Shown: positions 40,273 to 51,135, counted from the stretch's first letter. The stretch: DNA of 64,000 nucleotides from an uncultured Acidobacteriota bacterium (GCA_963741955.1 CAVUKB010000004.1:544001-608000), one strand, 5' to 3'. The notes: generated by a model from the sequence alone, not told the origin. Made by a program: numbers and translations.

Positions 40273-41478
40273 TCACACCAGGACGTCGCCGGTGACCGCC
40301 GCGAGAGCCTCCTCGAGGTCGAGCCGGATGTCCTCGACGTCTTCACAGCCGACTGCGAGCCGGACCAGTCCGGGAGTGATTCCCTGGTGGAGCTGCTCTT
40401 CGGGCGCGACTCCCTTGTGCGTCATCGAAGCGGGGTGCTCGATCAGTGACTCGACGCCGCCGAGCGATACGGCGAGGGTGATCAGTTTGACGCTGTTCAT
40501 CAGCCGCTGACCTGCTTCGACTCCGCCGCGGAGCTCGAACGCGAGCACCGAGCCGGGTCCGTCCATCTGCCGGCGGGCGATGGCGTACTGCGGGTGAGAC
40601 TGGAGTCCGGGATAGCGCACCCACGCCACTTCTTCGTGCTGCTCGAGCCAGCGTGCGATCTTCATCGCATTCGCCTGCGCGCGCTCGACCCGCATGCCGA
40701 GTGTACGGATACCCCGGAGGACGAGCCAGGCCTGGTGCGGGTCGATGGTGAAGCCGAAATTCCGCGCGGAGTCCCTGCAGGTGGCGAGCATGGTCTCCTC
40801 GCGTGCGACCACGATTCCCGCCACCACGTCGCTGTGGCCGTTGAGGGACTTGGTCATGGAGTGGATCACCACGTCCGCGCCGCGCTCCAGAGGCCGCTGC
40901 AGATGTGGCCCCGCGAATGTATTGTCGACCACCAGAGGGATACCGGCCGAGCGTGCGAGCGCTACCGCAGCATCGAGGTCGACCAGATCGAGAGTCGGAT
41001 TCGCCGGCGTCTCGCAGAGGATCAGGCGCGTCTCGGGGCGGATCGCCGCTTCCAGCGCGGCAATGTCGGCGGCGTCGACGAAGGTCGACGTGATGCCGAG
41101 GCGCGAGAAGTACTTGTCGAAGAGGAGTCTCGAAGGACCGTAGAGGGGATGGGTCCCCACCACGTGGTCGCCCTGACGGAGGAGGGCGAGGAGGACGGTG
41201 CTCACGGCGGCCATGCCCGTCGCGGTCGCGATCGCACCACAGCCGCGCTCGAGCTCCGCCACGCACTCCTCGAGGGCCTGGACGGTCGGATTTCCGAGCC
41301 GCGTGTAGATCGGTCCCGAGGAGCGTCCCGCGAAGCGCTCTGCACCTTCTTCGGCGGACGGAAAGGCGAACGTGGAGGTCTGATAGATCGGGACGGAAAC
41401 GGCGCCGCGGTGGTCGGCCGGGTTGAATCCGGCGTGAATGGCTTTGGTGTGAAGGCGCTGCTTTTCGTTCCCGGACAT
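40273..41478 (-). CDS. PLP-dependent trans-sulfuration enzyme (methionine gamma-lyase/cystathionine lyase family)
   Basis: PIYQTSTF, YTRLGNPT, ETPANP, DNTF, HSMTKSLNGHSD and AVSLGGVESL motifs. Confidence 0.93.
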   Translation of the reverse strand: MSGNEKQRLHTKAIHAGFNPADHRGAVSVPIYQTSTFAFPSAEEGAERFAGRSSGPIYTRLGNPTVQALEECVAELERGCGAIATATGMAAVSTVLLALLRQGDHVVGTHPLYGPSRLLFDKYFSRLGITSTFVDAADIAALEAAIRPETRLILCETPANPTLDLVDLDAAVALARSAGIPLVVDNTFAGPHLQRPLERGADVVIHSMTKSLNGHSDVVAGIVVAREETMLATCRDSARNFGFTIDPHQAWLVLRGIRTLGMRVERAQANAMKIARWLEQHEEVAWVRYPGLQSHPQYAIARRQMDGPGSVLAFELRGGVEAGQRLMNSVKLITLAVSLGGVESLIEHPASMTHKGVAPEEQLHQGITPGLVRLAVGCEDVEDIRLDLEEALAAVTGDVLV

Positions 41479-41671
41479 CTTTCTTCTCTCCGTCTGCTGG
41501 TCTTGACCTGGATTTCTCACACCGCGACGGGCCGCTGCGCGGAATCCGGGGCAGTCGATGACCATGCGGTTATATCGGATCGGACGCGGGAAATCCACGC
41601 CTCGCGTGCGCGACGGAAGTGACGGGGATCACGCGCAGGAAGAAGATTCGAGGACCGACGAGACTTCCGGC

Positions 41672-43117
41672 TCAACGTCGTCCGAGCCGTTTCAGCACCG
41701 ACTGTGCCGCGTAGTAGCCGCACATTCCGTGAACCGCACCACCCGGGGGGGTGGATGCCGAACAGAGGAAGATCTTCGGATCGGGGGTGGAGTACGGGTC
41801 GATCTTCACCGCAGGACGGAAAAGGAACTGCCGGACGTCCTGCACGCCGCCGTTGATGTCCCCGCCGATCAGGTTCGCGTCGTGCTCTTCGAGCTCGAGC
41901 GTGTTGAAGGTGTGGCGCGCGAGAATGGTGTCGCGGAAGCCGGGAGCGAAACGCTCGACCTGTCGCTCGATCAGCTCCGACATCTCCTTCGTCGATCCGT
42001 GCGGCACGTGACAGTAGGCCCAGGCGGTGTGCTTTCCGGCCGGCGCACGCGTCGGATCGAAGAGGCTCGGCTGCGCAAGAAGCACGAACGGACGGCGGTC
42101 GTCCTCGCCTTTCCACGCCTCGGCTGCGGAGCGTGCGATCTCTTCCGCGCTTCCACCGAGGTGCAGCGTCCCGGCGCGGCGGCATTCGGGTGCGGTCCAG
42201 GGGATCGGCTCGGAGAGAGCCCAGTCGATCTTGAAGACCCCGGGCGCGTAACGCCAGCGTCGCAGCTGTGCGGTGTACCGCGGCGGCAGACGTTCTCCTG
42301 CGATCGAGAGAAGCTGGAGCGGCGTCACGTCGAGAACCACTGCGCGTGCCTCTTCGAAGTCGTCGAGAGAGCCGACCTGTGAGTCCGTCTCGATTCGTCC
42401 ACCATGTTCGCGAAGGAGCGAAGCGAGCGCGTTCGCAATCGACTGTGAACCTCCCCGGGGGATCGGCCAGCCGGCACCGTGGCCCGCGAGCGCGAGCATG
42501 ATCCCGAATGCAGCGGACGGAGTCTTCTCCATCGGAAGAAGGGCATGTGCAGCGATCCCGATGAACATTGCGCGTGCGCGAGGGCCGTCGAAGAGGTGGC
42601 GGACCAGACTCATCGCCGGTCGCATGCCGTACCACCCGAGGCGGGCCATGATGAATGGATGCCGGGGAATGTGGAACGGAGGAGCGAGGGCGTCCTCGAG
42701 TACGCCCTCCCAGTCACGAACGAATGGATCCATCAACCGTTGGTAGGCGCGACCGTCCGATTCGCCGAGACTCTCTCCGGTTGCCACCGTCGAGCGGTCG
42801 AGCACCGCGGCCGTTCCGTCGTCGAAAGGGTGCGCCATCATCAGTGGAGGGTGGATCCACTTGAGACCATGCTGTTCGAGCGGAAGAGTACGGAAGAACG
42901 GAGAGCCGATACCCATCGGATGGACTGCCGAGCAGACGTCGTGAACGAAGCCGGGGAGGGTCAACTCTTCAGATCGCGTTCCTCCGCCGATCTGTGAAGC
43001 CGCCTCGTGGACGACGACGCGATGACCTTCGCGGGCGAGCGCAACGCCGGCAGCGAGCCCGTTCGGCCCCGCCCCGACGACGATGATCTCCGCTCCTTCT
43101 GTCTTACCTTTCACCAC
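41672..43117 (-). CDS. Phytoene dehydrogenase-like FAD-dependent oxidoreductase
   Basis: VVGAGPNGL, GGGTRSEELTLPGFVHDVCSAVHP and STPPGGAVHGMCG motifs. Confidence 0.9.
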   Translation of the reverse strand: MVKGKTEGAEIIVVGAGPNGLAAGVALAREGHRVVVHEAASQIGGGTRSEELTLPGFVHDVCSAVHPMGIGSPFFRTLPLEQHGLKWIHPPLMMAHPFDDGTAAVLDRSTVATGESLGESDGRAYQRLMDPFVRDWEGVLEDALAPPFHIPRHPFIMARLGWYGMRPAMSLVRHLFDGPRARAMFIGIAAHALLPMEKTPSAAFGIMLALAGHGAGWPIPRGGSQSIANALASLLREHGGRIETDSQVGSLDDFEEARAVVLDVTPLQLLSIAGERLPPRYTAQLRRWRYAPGVFKIDWALSEPIPWTAPECRRAGTLHLGGSAEEIARSAAEAWKGEDDRRPFVLLAQPSLFDPTRAPAGKHTAWAYCHVPHGSTKEMSELIERQVERFAPGFRDTILARHTFNTLELEEHDANLIGGDINGGVQDVRQFLFRPAVKIDPYSTPDPKIFLCSASTPPGGAVHGMCGYYAAQSVLKRLGRR

Positions 43118-43593
43118 TCCGAACAGCTCCGCTTCGGTCCGCCGCCGTAGAGAAACGCGGGACCGGGCCCGAAGATCAGCGGCGCGGTCGCAAGCGCCAC
43201 TTCCTGCCGCCAGGGACGATCGCGCGGATCCTTCTCCACTCCAGTGACGACTGCGCCGGGAGACCGCGAGAAAACGGGATCAGGTGCAGAAATCCGGCCC
43301 GCGCCACTCCCCCGGGAGCGGATGACGCTGCGTCCGTTCCTCCTTCAGAGCGTACACGATCGGACGGGATGTGGCGCACCCGAAATGGAACCCGGCCGCG
43401 GCGAGCCATGTCCACTTCAGCCGAGGGAGCGGCGTTTTCGCGCGGCGGGAGCCGCTTCATCAGGAGAGGGGCGGATCACGAAACGATGGAAGCTGAAAGC
43501 TCGAGGCCCGGAAGCTCTTTTGACCGGCGTGGGAAGATTTGGCCTTGAGCCATGGCTGGATCACGCCAGAGCTGCGCCATCCCTGAGGGCGGG

Positions 43594-44199
43594 TCAGGTG
43601 CGACGCCCCAGCCCCGAGCTTCCAGCCTCCATCGTCTCGATCTCCTCTCTCGAATGCATCTCTGATGTTTCGTGGCGCCGACGCCGAGCTCGCGGGAGCC
43701 GGACCGTCAGAAAACGTGCGAGTTCCTCCTCGATACCGAGAATCGTGCCGAGCTCCAGATGGGATCGGAGTTCGGCGAGCAGGCTTCTCGCAGGGAGTAG
43801 CTTCCCGATCACCGGCTCGATGCGTCTCCGACCGATCCGCGCGTGGATGCTGCGGGAGACCTCGACCGCCTCGATTCCTTCCTCGAGGGCGCGCCGGCAG
43901 ACTGCGCGCATGTAATAGCGATTGAACTCCTCTTCTGCGATTCTTGCTGCGGCGGAGGAGCGGCGCGACCGTCGCGACGTCGCCGACTCTTCGAGAATTC
44001 CCGGCGCATTGAGCTCGACCATCAGCTGGTCGGGAGTGCCGTTCCGAATTGCCGTTCCCATCTGTACCGCGTACCGGATCCGCCCTCGGACCGACAGACG
44101 CGGGCTGAAGTAGAGTGCACGGACCGACGCGTCGGCCGTGAACTCCAGAAGCATGAGCTGCCGTGTGTGCTCATCCAGATGCTCGAAGGTGAGCGGCAT
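43594..44199 (-). CDS. Hypothetical protein
   Basis: Protein-like composition (LDEHTRQLMLLE, LYFSPRL, AEEEFNRYYMRAVCRRA). No known function recognised. Confidence 0.7.
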   Translation of the reverse strand: MPLTFEHLDEHTRQLMLLEFTADASVRALYFSPRLSVRGRIRYAVQMGTAIRNGTPDQLMVELNAPGILEESATSRRSRRSSAAARIAEEEFNRYYMRAVCRRALEEGIEAVEVSRSIHARIGRRRIEPVIGKLLPARSLLAELRSHLELGTILGIEEELARFLTVRLPRARRRRHETSEMHSREEIETMEAGSSGLGRRT

Positions 44200-44383
44200 G
44201 ATGCACCCCCTACAACTGGGAGTACCGCCAGGAAGGCAAAACGGTACCCCGGGGGACAAAGATTTTTTTCGCCTCCCGGAAATCGGGGAGCGATCGGCCG
44301 CCGGTGAGTGGCTCGACGAGACGGAATCGGGGAGCGATCCGAGACTCCGTCACCGGAATGTCACGTGCTCGACGGCCGGTTAT

Positions 44384-44416
44384 GACCGATCGGTCCTACA
44401 ATCCGACCGGTCGGTC
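44384..44416. promoter_or_regulatory. Probable TetR operator pair flanking a -10 box
   Basis: Palindromes GACCGATCGGTC (44384) and GACCGGTCGGTC (44405) flank TACAAT (44397), immediately upstream of the tetR start. Confidence 0.75.
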
Positions 44417-44421
44417 ATTTC

Positions 44422-45093
44422 ATGTCCACGATCTCCGAATCCACCCGCAAGCCGCTCTGGCGGTCTCACAGAAAGCGGGCGATCACCGACGCCGTGGTGC
44501 GGATCCTCTGCGAAGAGGGGATCGACGCGATCACCATGGAACGGGTCGCCGAGACCGCGGGGATCGCGAAGGGAACGATCTACCTTCACTACGCCGACAA
44601 GCAGGAACTGCTCGACGAAGTGAAGGAGGCGAGCCTCACGCCGATCACGAACAAGGTGATGGACCTCTTTGCGAGCGACATCGCTCCCGACCGGAAGATC
44701 GTCGCGTTCTCACTTCGCTATCTCGGCTATTTCGATGAGCACCGCGACCTCTTCCGAGTCCTTCTGTACGAGAGGGAGTTCACCCGGAGCGGTGCGAGTC
44801 GTTTCCGTTCGGAACGGTATCGAACCCTGCTCGAGGCGACGACCGCGGTGATCGAAGCGGGCATCGAGCAGAAGATCTTCCGCCCGGTCGACGCGCGGAA
44901 GACCGCCGGGATGTTCCTCGAAGCCCACCTCGCATTGATCGCGCAGCGCCTGCTGGGGATGGATCCGCTCCCGGTCGAAGAAGATGCGCGACTGGTCACC
45001 GACCTTTTTCTCTCCGGAGTGGGAATCCCCTCCGTGCCGAATCCAGACGGGGCGCAGCCTCGCCGCGCAACCCGAACGAGGTCAGCCAAATGA
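44422..45093 (+). CDS. TetR/AcrR family transcriptional regulator
   Basis: HTH ITMERVAETAGIAKGTIYLHYADKQEL. Heads the efflux operon. Confidence 0.95.
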   Translation: MSTISESTRKPLWRSHRKRAITDAVVRILCEEGIDAITMERVAETAGIAKGTIYLHYADKQELLDEVKEASLTPITNKVMDLFASDIAPDRKIVAFSLRYLGYFDEHRDLFRVLLYEREFTRSGASRFRSERYRTLLEATTAVIEAGIEQKIFRPVDARKTAGMFLEAHLALIAQRLLGMDPLPVEEDARLVTDLFLSGVGIPSVPNPDGAQPRRATRTRSAK

Positions 45094-46538
45094 AGTATGG
45101 AAGGTTCGCTGTCGCCATCGTGGCGATGGTTCTCTCGTCCTCCTGTGCCGACGTCGCCGCGCTGCGTCATCCGACGCCGGGTGTTGCCCTCGCTCCGTCG
45201 GAGGAGTGGAAGGCGCCTGCGGACGCGGTTGCTCCGCCGCCCGTTGTCGCCGCGCCGGAGATTCCCGCTGCGTTGCTTCAGCCCGGCGCCGAGGTCTCGC
45301 TCGACCAGGTGATCGATGTGGCGCTCGCGAACAATCCCGCGACCCGCGCCTCCTGGATGACTGCGAAAGCGGCCGCGTCGCACGAAGCGTCCGCCCGCGC
45401 CGACTATTTTCCGGAGATCGACCTCGGCGCGCAGGTGATCCGGCAGAAGTCGGGATCGGGAGGGGGACGCAGTGCATACCAGCAGACCGTATGGGGTCCG
45501 ACCGCAGCGGTGAATTTTCTCCTTCTCGATTTCGGTGGGAGGGGCTCGCGCGTCCAGCAGGCACGAGATGCCCTGATTGCAGCGGACTTCGCCCACAACG
45601 CGACGATTCAGAACGTGGTCCTGCGGGTCGCTCAGGCCTATTACGGATACCTGAACGCGAAGACGCTCCTCTCCGCCCAGGAATCGACCGTCCGCGAGAT
45701 GCAGGCGAACTACGACGCGGCCGAAGCGCGGCATCGCGCCGGCGTGGCGACGATTGCGGACGTGCTGCAGGCGAAAACCTCGCTCTCGCAGGCGCAGCTG
45801 GTGCTCGAATCGATTCACGGAACGGTCCAGACGGTCCAGGGATCCCTCGCCGTGGCGGCGGGACTTCCCGCGACTACGACGTTCGAGGTCGGACTCCTCC
45901 CGCCGAGCGTTCCGGCCACCCAGGTGGGCGAGAGCATCGACTCATTGATCGATCGCGCCGTGCGAGCCCGGCCGGACCTTCTCCAGATGCGCGCACTGGC
46001 CGAGCGCGCACACGCGCGGATCCGCGAAGTACGCTCGCAGGGGCTTCCGACGCTCTCTCTCTCCTCGTCCGGGAGCCGGAACGACTACACCGGCGATCTT
46101 CAGCCTTCGACGAACTACAGCTTCGGTCTGCAGCTCCGCCTCCCCGTCTATACGGGGATGAAGAATGCGTTCGACGTACGCGAGGCGCGGGCGCTGGCGG
46201 AAGCCGCGGACGCACAGGCGCTCTCGTTTCAGCAACAGGTCGAGCTGGAAGTCTGGAGCTCGTACTTCGACCTGAAGACTGCGCAGCGCAGAGTCGCAGT
46301 CGCCCATGATCTTCTGGCGAGCGCCGAAGAATCGGAGAAAGTCGCCGCCGGACGTTACAAGGAAGGAGTCGGGAGCATCCTCGATCTCCTGACCGCACAG
46401 GCGGCACTCGAAAACGCACGCGCCGAGGAGATCACCGCACGAAGCGACTGGTTCCTCTCCCTGGCACAACTTGCTCACGACATCGGCTCGATCGACCTCG
46501 GCGAGGCGACGGGCGCTCAATCGACGGAGATCCAATGA
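45090..46538 (+). CDS. TolC family outer membrane efflux lipoprotein
   Basis: Lipoprotein signal (SSSC), ALANNP, LLDFGG and RYKEGVGSILDLLTAQ. Confidence 0.93.
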   Translation: MKYGRFAVAIVAMVLSSSCADVAALRHPTPGVALAPSEEWKAPADAVAPPPVVAAPEIPAALLQPGAEVSLDQVIDVALANNPATRASWMTAKAAASHEASARADYFPEIDLGAQVIRQKSGSGGGRSAYQQTVWGPTAAVNFLLLDFGGRGSRVQQARDALIAADFAHNATIQNVVLRVAQAYYGYLNAKTLLSAQESTVREMQANYDAAEARHRAGVATIADVLQAKTSLSQAQLVLESIHGTVQTVQGSLAVAAGLPATTTFEVGLLPPSVPATQVGESIDSLIDRAVRARPDLLQMRALAERAHARIREVRSQGLPTLSLSSSGSRNDYTGDLQPSTNYSFGLQLRLPVYTGMKNAFDVREARALAEAADAQALSFQQQVELEVWSSYFDLKTAQRRVAVAHDLLASAEESEKVAAGRYKEGVGSILDLLTAQAALENARAEEITARSDWFLSLAQLAHDIGSIDLGEATGAQSTEIQ

Positions 46539-47656
46539 ACAGCAGATTTCTATTTCGAGCTTCAGCCGCCGGCGCCATCGTCCTCGCCGCATCACTGACT
46601 GCCGGTTGTGGTGGAAAGGCCTCCGAGGTGCATCAGCCGGACGTCCCGGTCTCCGTCGCATCGGTCCTGCAACGCGACGAGCCGTTGCAGCTCCAGGCCA
46701 TCGGAACGGTGCAGCCCTTGCGTACGGTGGATGTCAAGTCTCTGGTCGGGGGAGAGCTGACTCGAGTCTACTTCCAGGAGGGAGAGGACGTGAAAGCGGG
46801 ACAGCGGCTGTTCGAGATCGATCCGCGACCGTATCGCGCGGCGCTCGCCCAGGCCGAGGCGAATCTGCAGCGCGACGTCGCCCAGGCGAAGAATGCCGCG
46901 GCTGAGGTCGAGCGCTACCGGGACCTGGTGGCGAAAGATTACGTGACGGCCGAGGCTTTCGACCGGACCGTCGCAGCATCGGAAGCTGCGCACGCTGTGG
47001 TCGCGGCCGACAAGGCCGCAGTCGAGAACGCGAAGCTTCAACTCGGCTACTGCGACATTCGTTCTCCGCTCGACGGACGCACCGGGACTCTCAACGTGCA
47101 CGCCGGGAACATGGTCAAGGCGAACGATGTCCCACTGGTGACGATCAATCAGATCGAGCCGGTGTATGCGACGTTCGCCGTGCCGGAGCAGTTTCTGTCG
47201 CAGATCCGGACCAATGACGGTCAGACGGTGGAAGCGAGATCGCCCCAGAACGGCCAGTCGCTCGGAACCGGGAGACTCACCTTCGTCGACAACGCCGTCA
47301 ACGAGTCGACCGGCACCATCACTCTGAAGGCGAAGTTCGTGAACGCGCAGCGGCGTCTCTGGCCCGGCGAGTTCGTGAACCTCGTACTCACCCTCGGCAC
47401 GGACCCCAACGTCGTCGTCGTTCCCTCGAGGGCGGTGCAGACCGGCCAGAGCGGACAGTTCGTCTACGTGGTGAAGAAAGACCGCTCGGTCGAGAACCGT
47501 CCGGTGACCGTCGCGCGGACCGTCAACGAGGAATCGATCATCGGGAGCGGTCTGGCAGCGGGAGAGGAAGTGGTCACCGACGGCCAGCTTCGACTCACTC
47601 CGAAGAGCCGCGTGGCGATCAAGCCGGCAGTGAAAGGAGAGGAGGCCGGTTCATGA
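46535..47656 (+). CDS. RND periplasmic adaptor (MdtA-like membrane fusion protein)
   Basis: Lipoyl half-motifs FQEGEDVKAGQRLFEIDPRPY and IRSPLDGRTG, plus LWPGEFV. Confidence 0.94.
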   Translation: MNSRFLFRASAAGAIVLAASLTAGCGGKASEVHQPDVPVSVASVLQRDEPLQLQAIGTVQPLRTVDVKSLVGGELTRVYFQEGEDVKAGQRLFEIDPRPYRAALAQAEANLQRDVAQAKNAAAEVERYRDLVAKDYVTAEAFDRTVAASEAAHAVVAADKAAVENAKLQLGYCDIRSPLDGRTGTLNVHAGNMVKANDVPLVTINQIEPVYATFAVPEQFLSQIRTNDGQTVEARSPQNGQSLGTGRLTFVDNAVNESTGTITLKAKFVNAQRRLWPGEFVNLVLTLGTDPNVVVVPSRAVQTGQSGQFVYVVKKDRSVENRPVTVARTVNEESIIGSGLAAGEEVVTDGQLRLTPKSRVAIKPAVKGEEAGS

Positions 47657-50600
47657 ACATCGCCTCGCTCTTCATCCGGCGTCCGGTCATGACCACGCTG
47701 GTCATGGCCGCAATCATCGTCTTCGGGGTGATGGGATACCGGCTGCTTCCGGTCAGCGATCTGCCGAACGTCGATTTTCCCACCCTGCAGGTGTCGGCAT
47801 CTCTTCCCGGAGCGAGTCCGGAGACGATGGCCGCGGCGGTGGCCACTCCACTCGAGAGACAGTTCTCGACCATCGCGGGACTCGATTCGATGAGCTCCGC
47901 GAGCGCGCTCGGCTCGACACAGATCACGCTGCAGTTCGCCCTCAGCCGCAACCTCGATGCGGCCGCGCAGGACGTGCAGGCTGCGATCGCGGCAGCGCAG
48001 CGGCAGCTCCCGCCGAACATGCCGAGTCCTCCTTCCTACCGGAAGGTCAATCCCGCCGATTCTCCGATCCTCTATGTCGCGCTGACCTCGGACACCATGC
48101 CGCTCTACACCCTGGACGAGTACGGATCGACGATGCTCGCCCAGCAGATCTCGACCGTCTCCGGCGTGGCCCAGGTCATCGTGTACGGATCGCAGAAGTA
48201 CGCAGTGCGGGTGCGTCTCGATCCGAAGCAGCTCGCGGCGAAAGGCATCGGAATCGACGAGGTGGCGGCCGCGATCCGCGGCGGGAACGTGAATCTTCCG
48301 ACCGGAGTGCTGTACGGTGATTCGCGGGCGTACACCGTCATGGCCAACGGGCAGCTGATCGACTCGGCCGACTACCGCCCCCTGACCGTGGCGTACCGCA
48401 ACGGTTCGCCGGTTCGTCTCGACCAGCTCGGGACGGTCGTAGACAGCGTGGAGAACGACAAGACCGCGGCATGGTTCATCAAGAGTCGCGCGGTCGTTCT
48501 CGCCATCCAGAAGCAACCAGGCACCAACACCGTCGCAGTCGCCGAGGGGGTCAAGTCTCTCCTTCCGACCTTCCGCAGGCAGCTGCCGTCCTCGGTGGAA
48601 ATGAACGTCCTCTACGACCGCTCGGAGTCGATCCGCGACTCCGTCAATGATGTCCGATTCACTCTGCTCCTGACCCTGATGCTGGTGGTCCTGGTGATCT
48701 TCCTCTTCCTGAGGAATCTCTCCGCGACGGTGATTCCCAGTCTGGCGTTGCCGTTCTCCATCGTCGGCACGTTCGCCGTGATGTACCTCCTCGGGTATTC
48801 GCTGGACAACCTGTCGCTGATGGCGCTCACCCTCTCGGTCGGATTCGTGGTGGACGACGCGATCGTCATGCTGGAGAACATCGTCCGGCACATGGAGATG
48901 GGCGAGCGCCCCATGACGGCCGCGCTCAACGGTTCCCGCGAGATCGGATTCACCATCGTTTCGATGACTCTTTCTCTCGCCGCAGTCTTCATCCCGGTTC
49001 TCTTCATGGGAGGAATTCTCGGCAGGCTGTTTCACGAGTTCGCCGTGACCATCGGCGCGGCGATCCTGGTCTCCGGCTTCGTCTCGCTCTCGCTCACGCC
49101 GCTGCTCTGCAGCCGCTTTCTACGGCCTCCGGGAGAGGAGCGTCATGGAAAGCTCTATCAGGCCTCGGAGCGCTTCTTCGCGAGACTGCTCGCGGGGTAC
49201 GAGAGGGGTCTGCGATTCGTGCTGGGCCACGCGCGCGCGACGCTGGTTCTGTCGCTCTCCATCCTCGTCGCGACGGCGTTGCTCTTCCATTTCATTCCGA
49301 AGGGTTTCATCCCGAGCGAAGATGCGGGACAGATCTTCATTCAGCTCCGGGCGCAGGAAGGGATCTCGTTCGACGACATGGTCCGGCACCAGCGCGCTGC
49401 GGCGGCCATCGTCGCCGCCGATCCGAATGTCGAGGCGTTCATGTCGAGCGCCGGTTCGCGCGGTACGTCCGGGGGCAACACCGGAGTTCTCTTCATCCAC
49501 CTCAAAGCGCGGGACCAGCGGAAGCTCTCCGCCGATCAGGTGATCGACGAGCTCCGTCCGAAGCTGAACGCGATTCCGGGCATCCTCGCGTTTCTCCAGA
49601 ACCCTCCACCGATCCGCATCGGCGGGCGCATGACTCAGGGGCAGTACCAGTACACGCTGCAGGGGTCGGATACCGACGAGCTTTACGCGGCATCGGAAAA
49701 ACTTCTCGCGAAGATGGATAAGCTTCCCGGGTTTCTGGACGTTTCGAGCGACCTGCAGATGAAGAACCCGCAGGTCACGGTGAACGTCGACCGCGATCGG
49801 GCCGCGTCCCTCGGTCTCACCGTGAGCCAGGTCGAGGACGCGCTGTTTTCCGCATACAGCGCGAGACAGGTCTCGACCATCTACGCGCCGAACAACGAGT
49901 ACCAGGTGATCATGGAGCTCGAGCCGCAGTACCAGCGGGATCCGGCGGCACTGTCGCTCCTCTACGTCCGCTCCTCGAGCGGGAAGCTCGTGCCGCTCGA
50001 CGTGGTCGCGAGCATCACCCCGACCCTGGGGCCACTGACCATCAACCACTCGGGACAGCTCCCGTCGGTGACGCTCTCGTTCAACCTCGCTCCGGGAACC
50101 TCTCTCGGAGACGCGGTGAAAGCCGTCGAGAACGTCGCCCGCGAGACGCTCCCGGCGACCATCACCACCAGCTTCCAGGGAACCGCCCAGGCTTTCCAGT
50201 CTTCACTTCGCGGTCTCGGTCTTCTGCTGCTGATGGCAATCGCGGTCATCTACATGGTTCTCGGAATTCTCTACGAGAGCTTCATCCACCCGCTGACCAT
50301 CCTCTCGGCGCTTCCTTTCGCCGGTTTCGGTGCCCTCGCGACGCTGATGATCTTCCACGTCGATCTCTCGATCTACGCGTTCGTCGGCATCATCATGCTG
50401 GTCGGTCTGGTCAAGAAGAACGGCATCATCATGGTCGACTTCGCGATCGAGACGCAGCGCAGTTCGGGGAAGAGCGCGGTGGACGCCATCTACGAGGCGT
50501 GTGTGGTCCGCTTTCGTCCGATCATGATGACCACCATGGCCGCACTGATGGGAACCCTCCCCATCGCACTCGGTCTCGGCGCCGGCGCGGAAGCGCGTCG

Positions 50601-50781
50601 TCCGCTCGGACTCGCCGTGGTCGGAGGTCTCCTTTTCTCCCAGACGCTGACCCTCTTCGTCACGCCGGTGTTCTTCGTCTACATGGACCGGCTGCAGGAG
50701 TGGCTGCGGGGAAGGAAGAGAGCGACGGAGAAACTGACGGCCGACGAGACGGCAGGGGAGGCGGTGGAGGCGCCGGTCTGA
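47653..50781 (+). CDS. RND efflux permease (MdtB/MdtC-like)
   Basis: FIRRPVMT, LPGASPETMA, GFVVDDAIV, KKNGI and RFRPIMMTT motifs. Confidence 0.97.
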   Translation: MNIASLFIRRPVMTTLVMAAIIVFGVMGYRLLPVSDLPNVDFPTLQVSASLPGASPETMAAAVATPLERQFSTIAGLDSMSSASALGSTQITLQFALSRNLDAAAQDVQAAIAAAQRQLPPNMPSPPSYRKVNPADSPILYVALTSDTMPLYTLDEYGSTMLAQQISTVSGVAQVIVYGSQKYAVRVRLDPKQLAAKGIGIDEVAAAIRGGNVNLPTGVLYGDSRAYTVMANGQLIDSADYRPLTVAYRNGSPVRLDQLGTVVDSVENDKTAAWFIKSRAVVLAIQKQPGTNTVAVAEGVKSLLPTFRRQLPSSVEMNVLYDRSESIRDSVNDVRFTLLLTLMLVVLVIFLFLRNLSATVIPSLALPFSIVGTFAVMYLLGYSLDNLSLMALTLSVGFVVDDAIVMLENIVRHMEMGERPMTAALNGSREIGFTIVSMTLSLAAVFIPVLFMGGILGRLFHEFAVTIGAAILVSGFVSLSLTPLLCSRFLRPPGEERHGKLYQASERFFARLLAGYERGLRFVLGHARATLVLSLSILVATALLFHFIPKGFIPSEDAGQIFIQLRAQEGISFDDMVRHQRAAAAIVAADPNVEAFMSSAGSRGTSGGNTGVLFIHLKARDQRKLSADQVIDELRPKLNAIPGILAFLQNPPPIRIGGRMTQGQYQYTLQGSDTDELYAASEKLLAKMDKLPGFLDVSSDLQMKNPQVTVNVDRDRAASLGLTVSQVEDALFSAYSARQVSTIYAPNNEYQVIMELEPQYQRDPAALSLLYVRSSSGKLVPLDVVASITPTLGPLTINHSGQLPSVTLSFNLAPGTSLGDAVKAVENVARETLPATITTSFQGTAQAFQSSLRGLGLLLLMAIAVIYMVLGILYESFIHPLTILSALPFAGFGALATLMIFHVDLSIYAFVGIIMLVGLVKKNGIIMVDFAIETQRSSGKSAVDAIYEACVVRFRPIMMTTMAALMGTLPIALGLGAGAEARRPLGLAVVGGLLFSQTLTLFVTPVFFVYMDRLQEWLRGRKRATEKLTADETAGEAVEAPV

Positions 50782-50999
50782 GTGGAACTGGGCGGGGCGT
50801 GTGTGCGTTCGATCGGCATCGCGTTTCGATCAGCGCGCACGCCACGGCGTCCCGGCGATCGACGCGAGCTGTCTCCACCGGCTCTCGACGTGCCACCGGA
50901 CGGACGGGAACTTGTCCGGCGTCGTCACACAGAGCGGTGACGCCAAAGCTTGTCGGGGCAGAGCATCTCACTGAGAATCCTTCCATCCGGCCCAGACCG

Positions 51000-51086
51000 A
51001 TCGTCCGAAAAGGCAAAGCCGCCGCGAGGTGGCGACGCAAAGCCGAGGATCTCCCGCCCGTCCCGGGAGACTGCCGGGCTACCGAA
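51000..51086 (+). ncRNA. c-di-GMP-I (GEMM) riboswitch
   Basis: AAGGCAAA-GCCGCC-GCGA-GGTGGC-GACGCAAAGCC-GAGGATCTC...GAGACTGCCGGGCTACCGA matches the GEMM consensus (GGCAAA, GNRA-capped P2, GACGCAAAGC, GCCGGG.TACCGA). Lies 50 nt upstream of a CDS. Confidence 0.88.
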
Positions 51087-51135
51087 GCATCACGGAGGTG
51101 CGCGGAGCAAATTCGCTACCGAAAGGATGCCAGCA

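Noticed and set aside
41479-41671. SAM riboswitch upstream of the methionine gamma-lyase-like gene
   Set aside because: The SAM-I hallmarks (ATC.AGAG, GAGGGA, GCAACC, GTGC.AA) are not seen on the minus strand.
43176-43460. 94-aa ORF between the oxidoreductase and the hypothetical gene
   Set aside because: No RBS, Arg/Pro-rich shadow-like composition and no recognisable motif.
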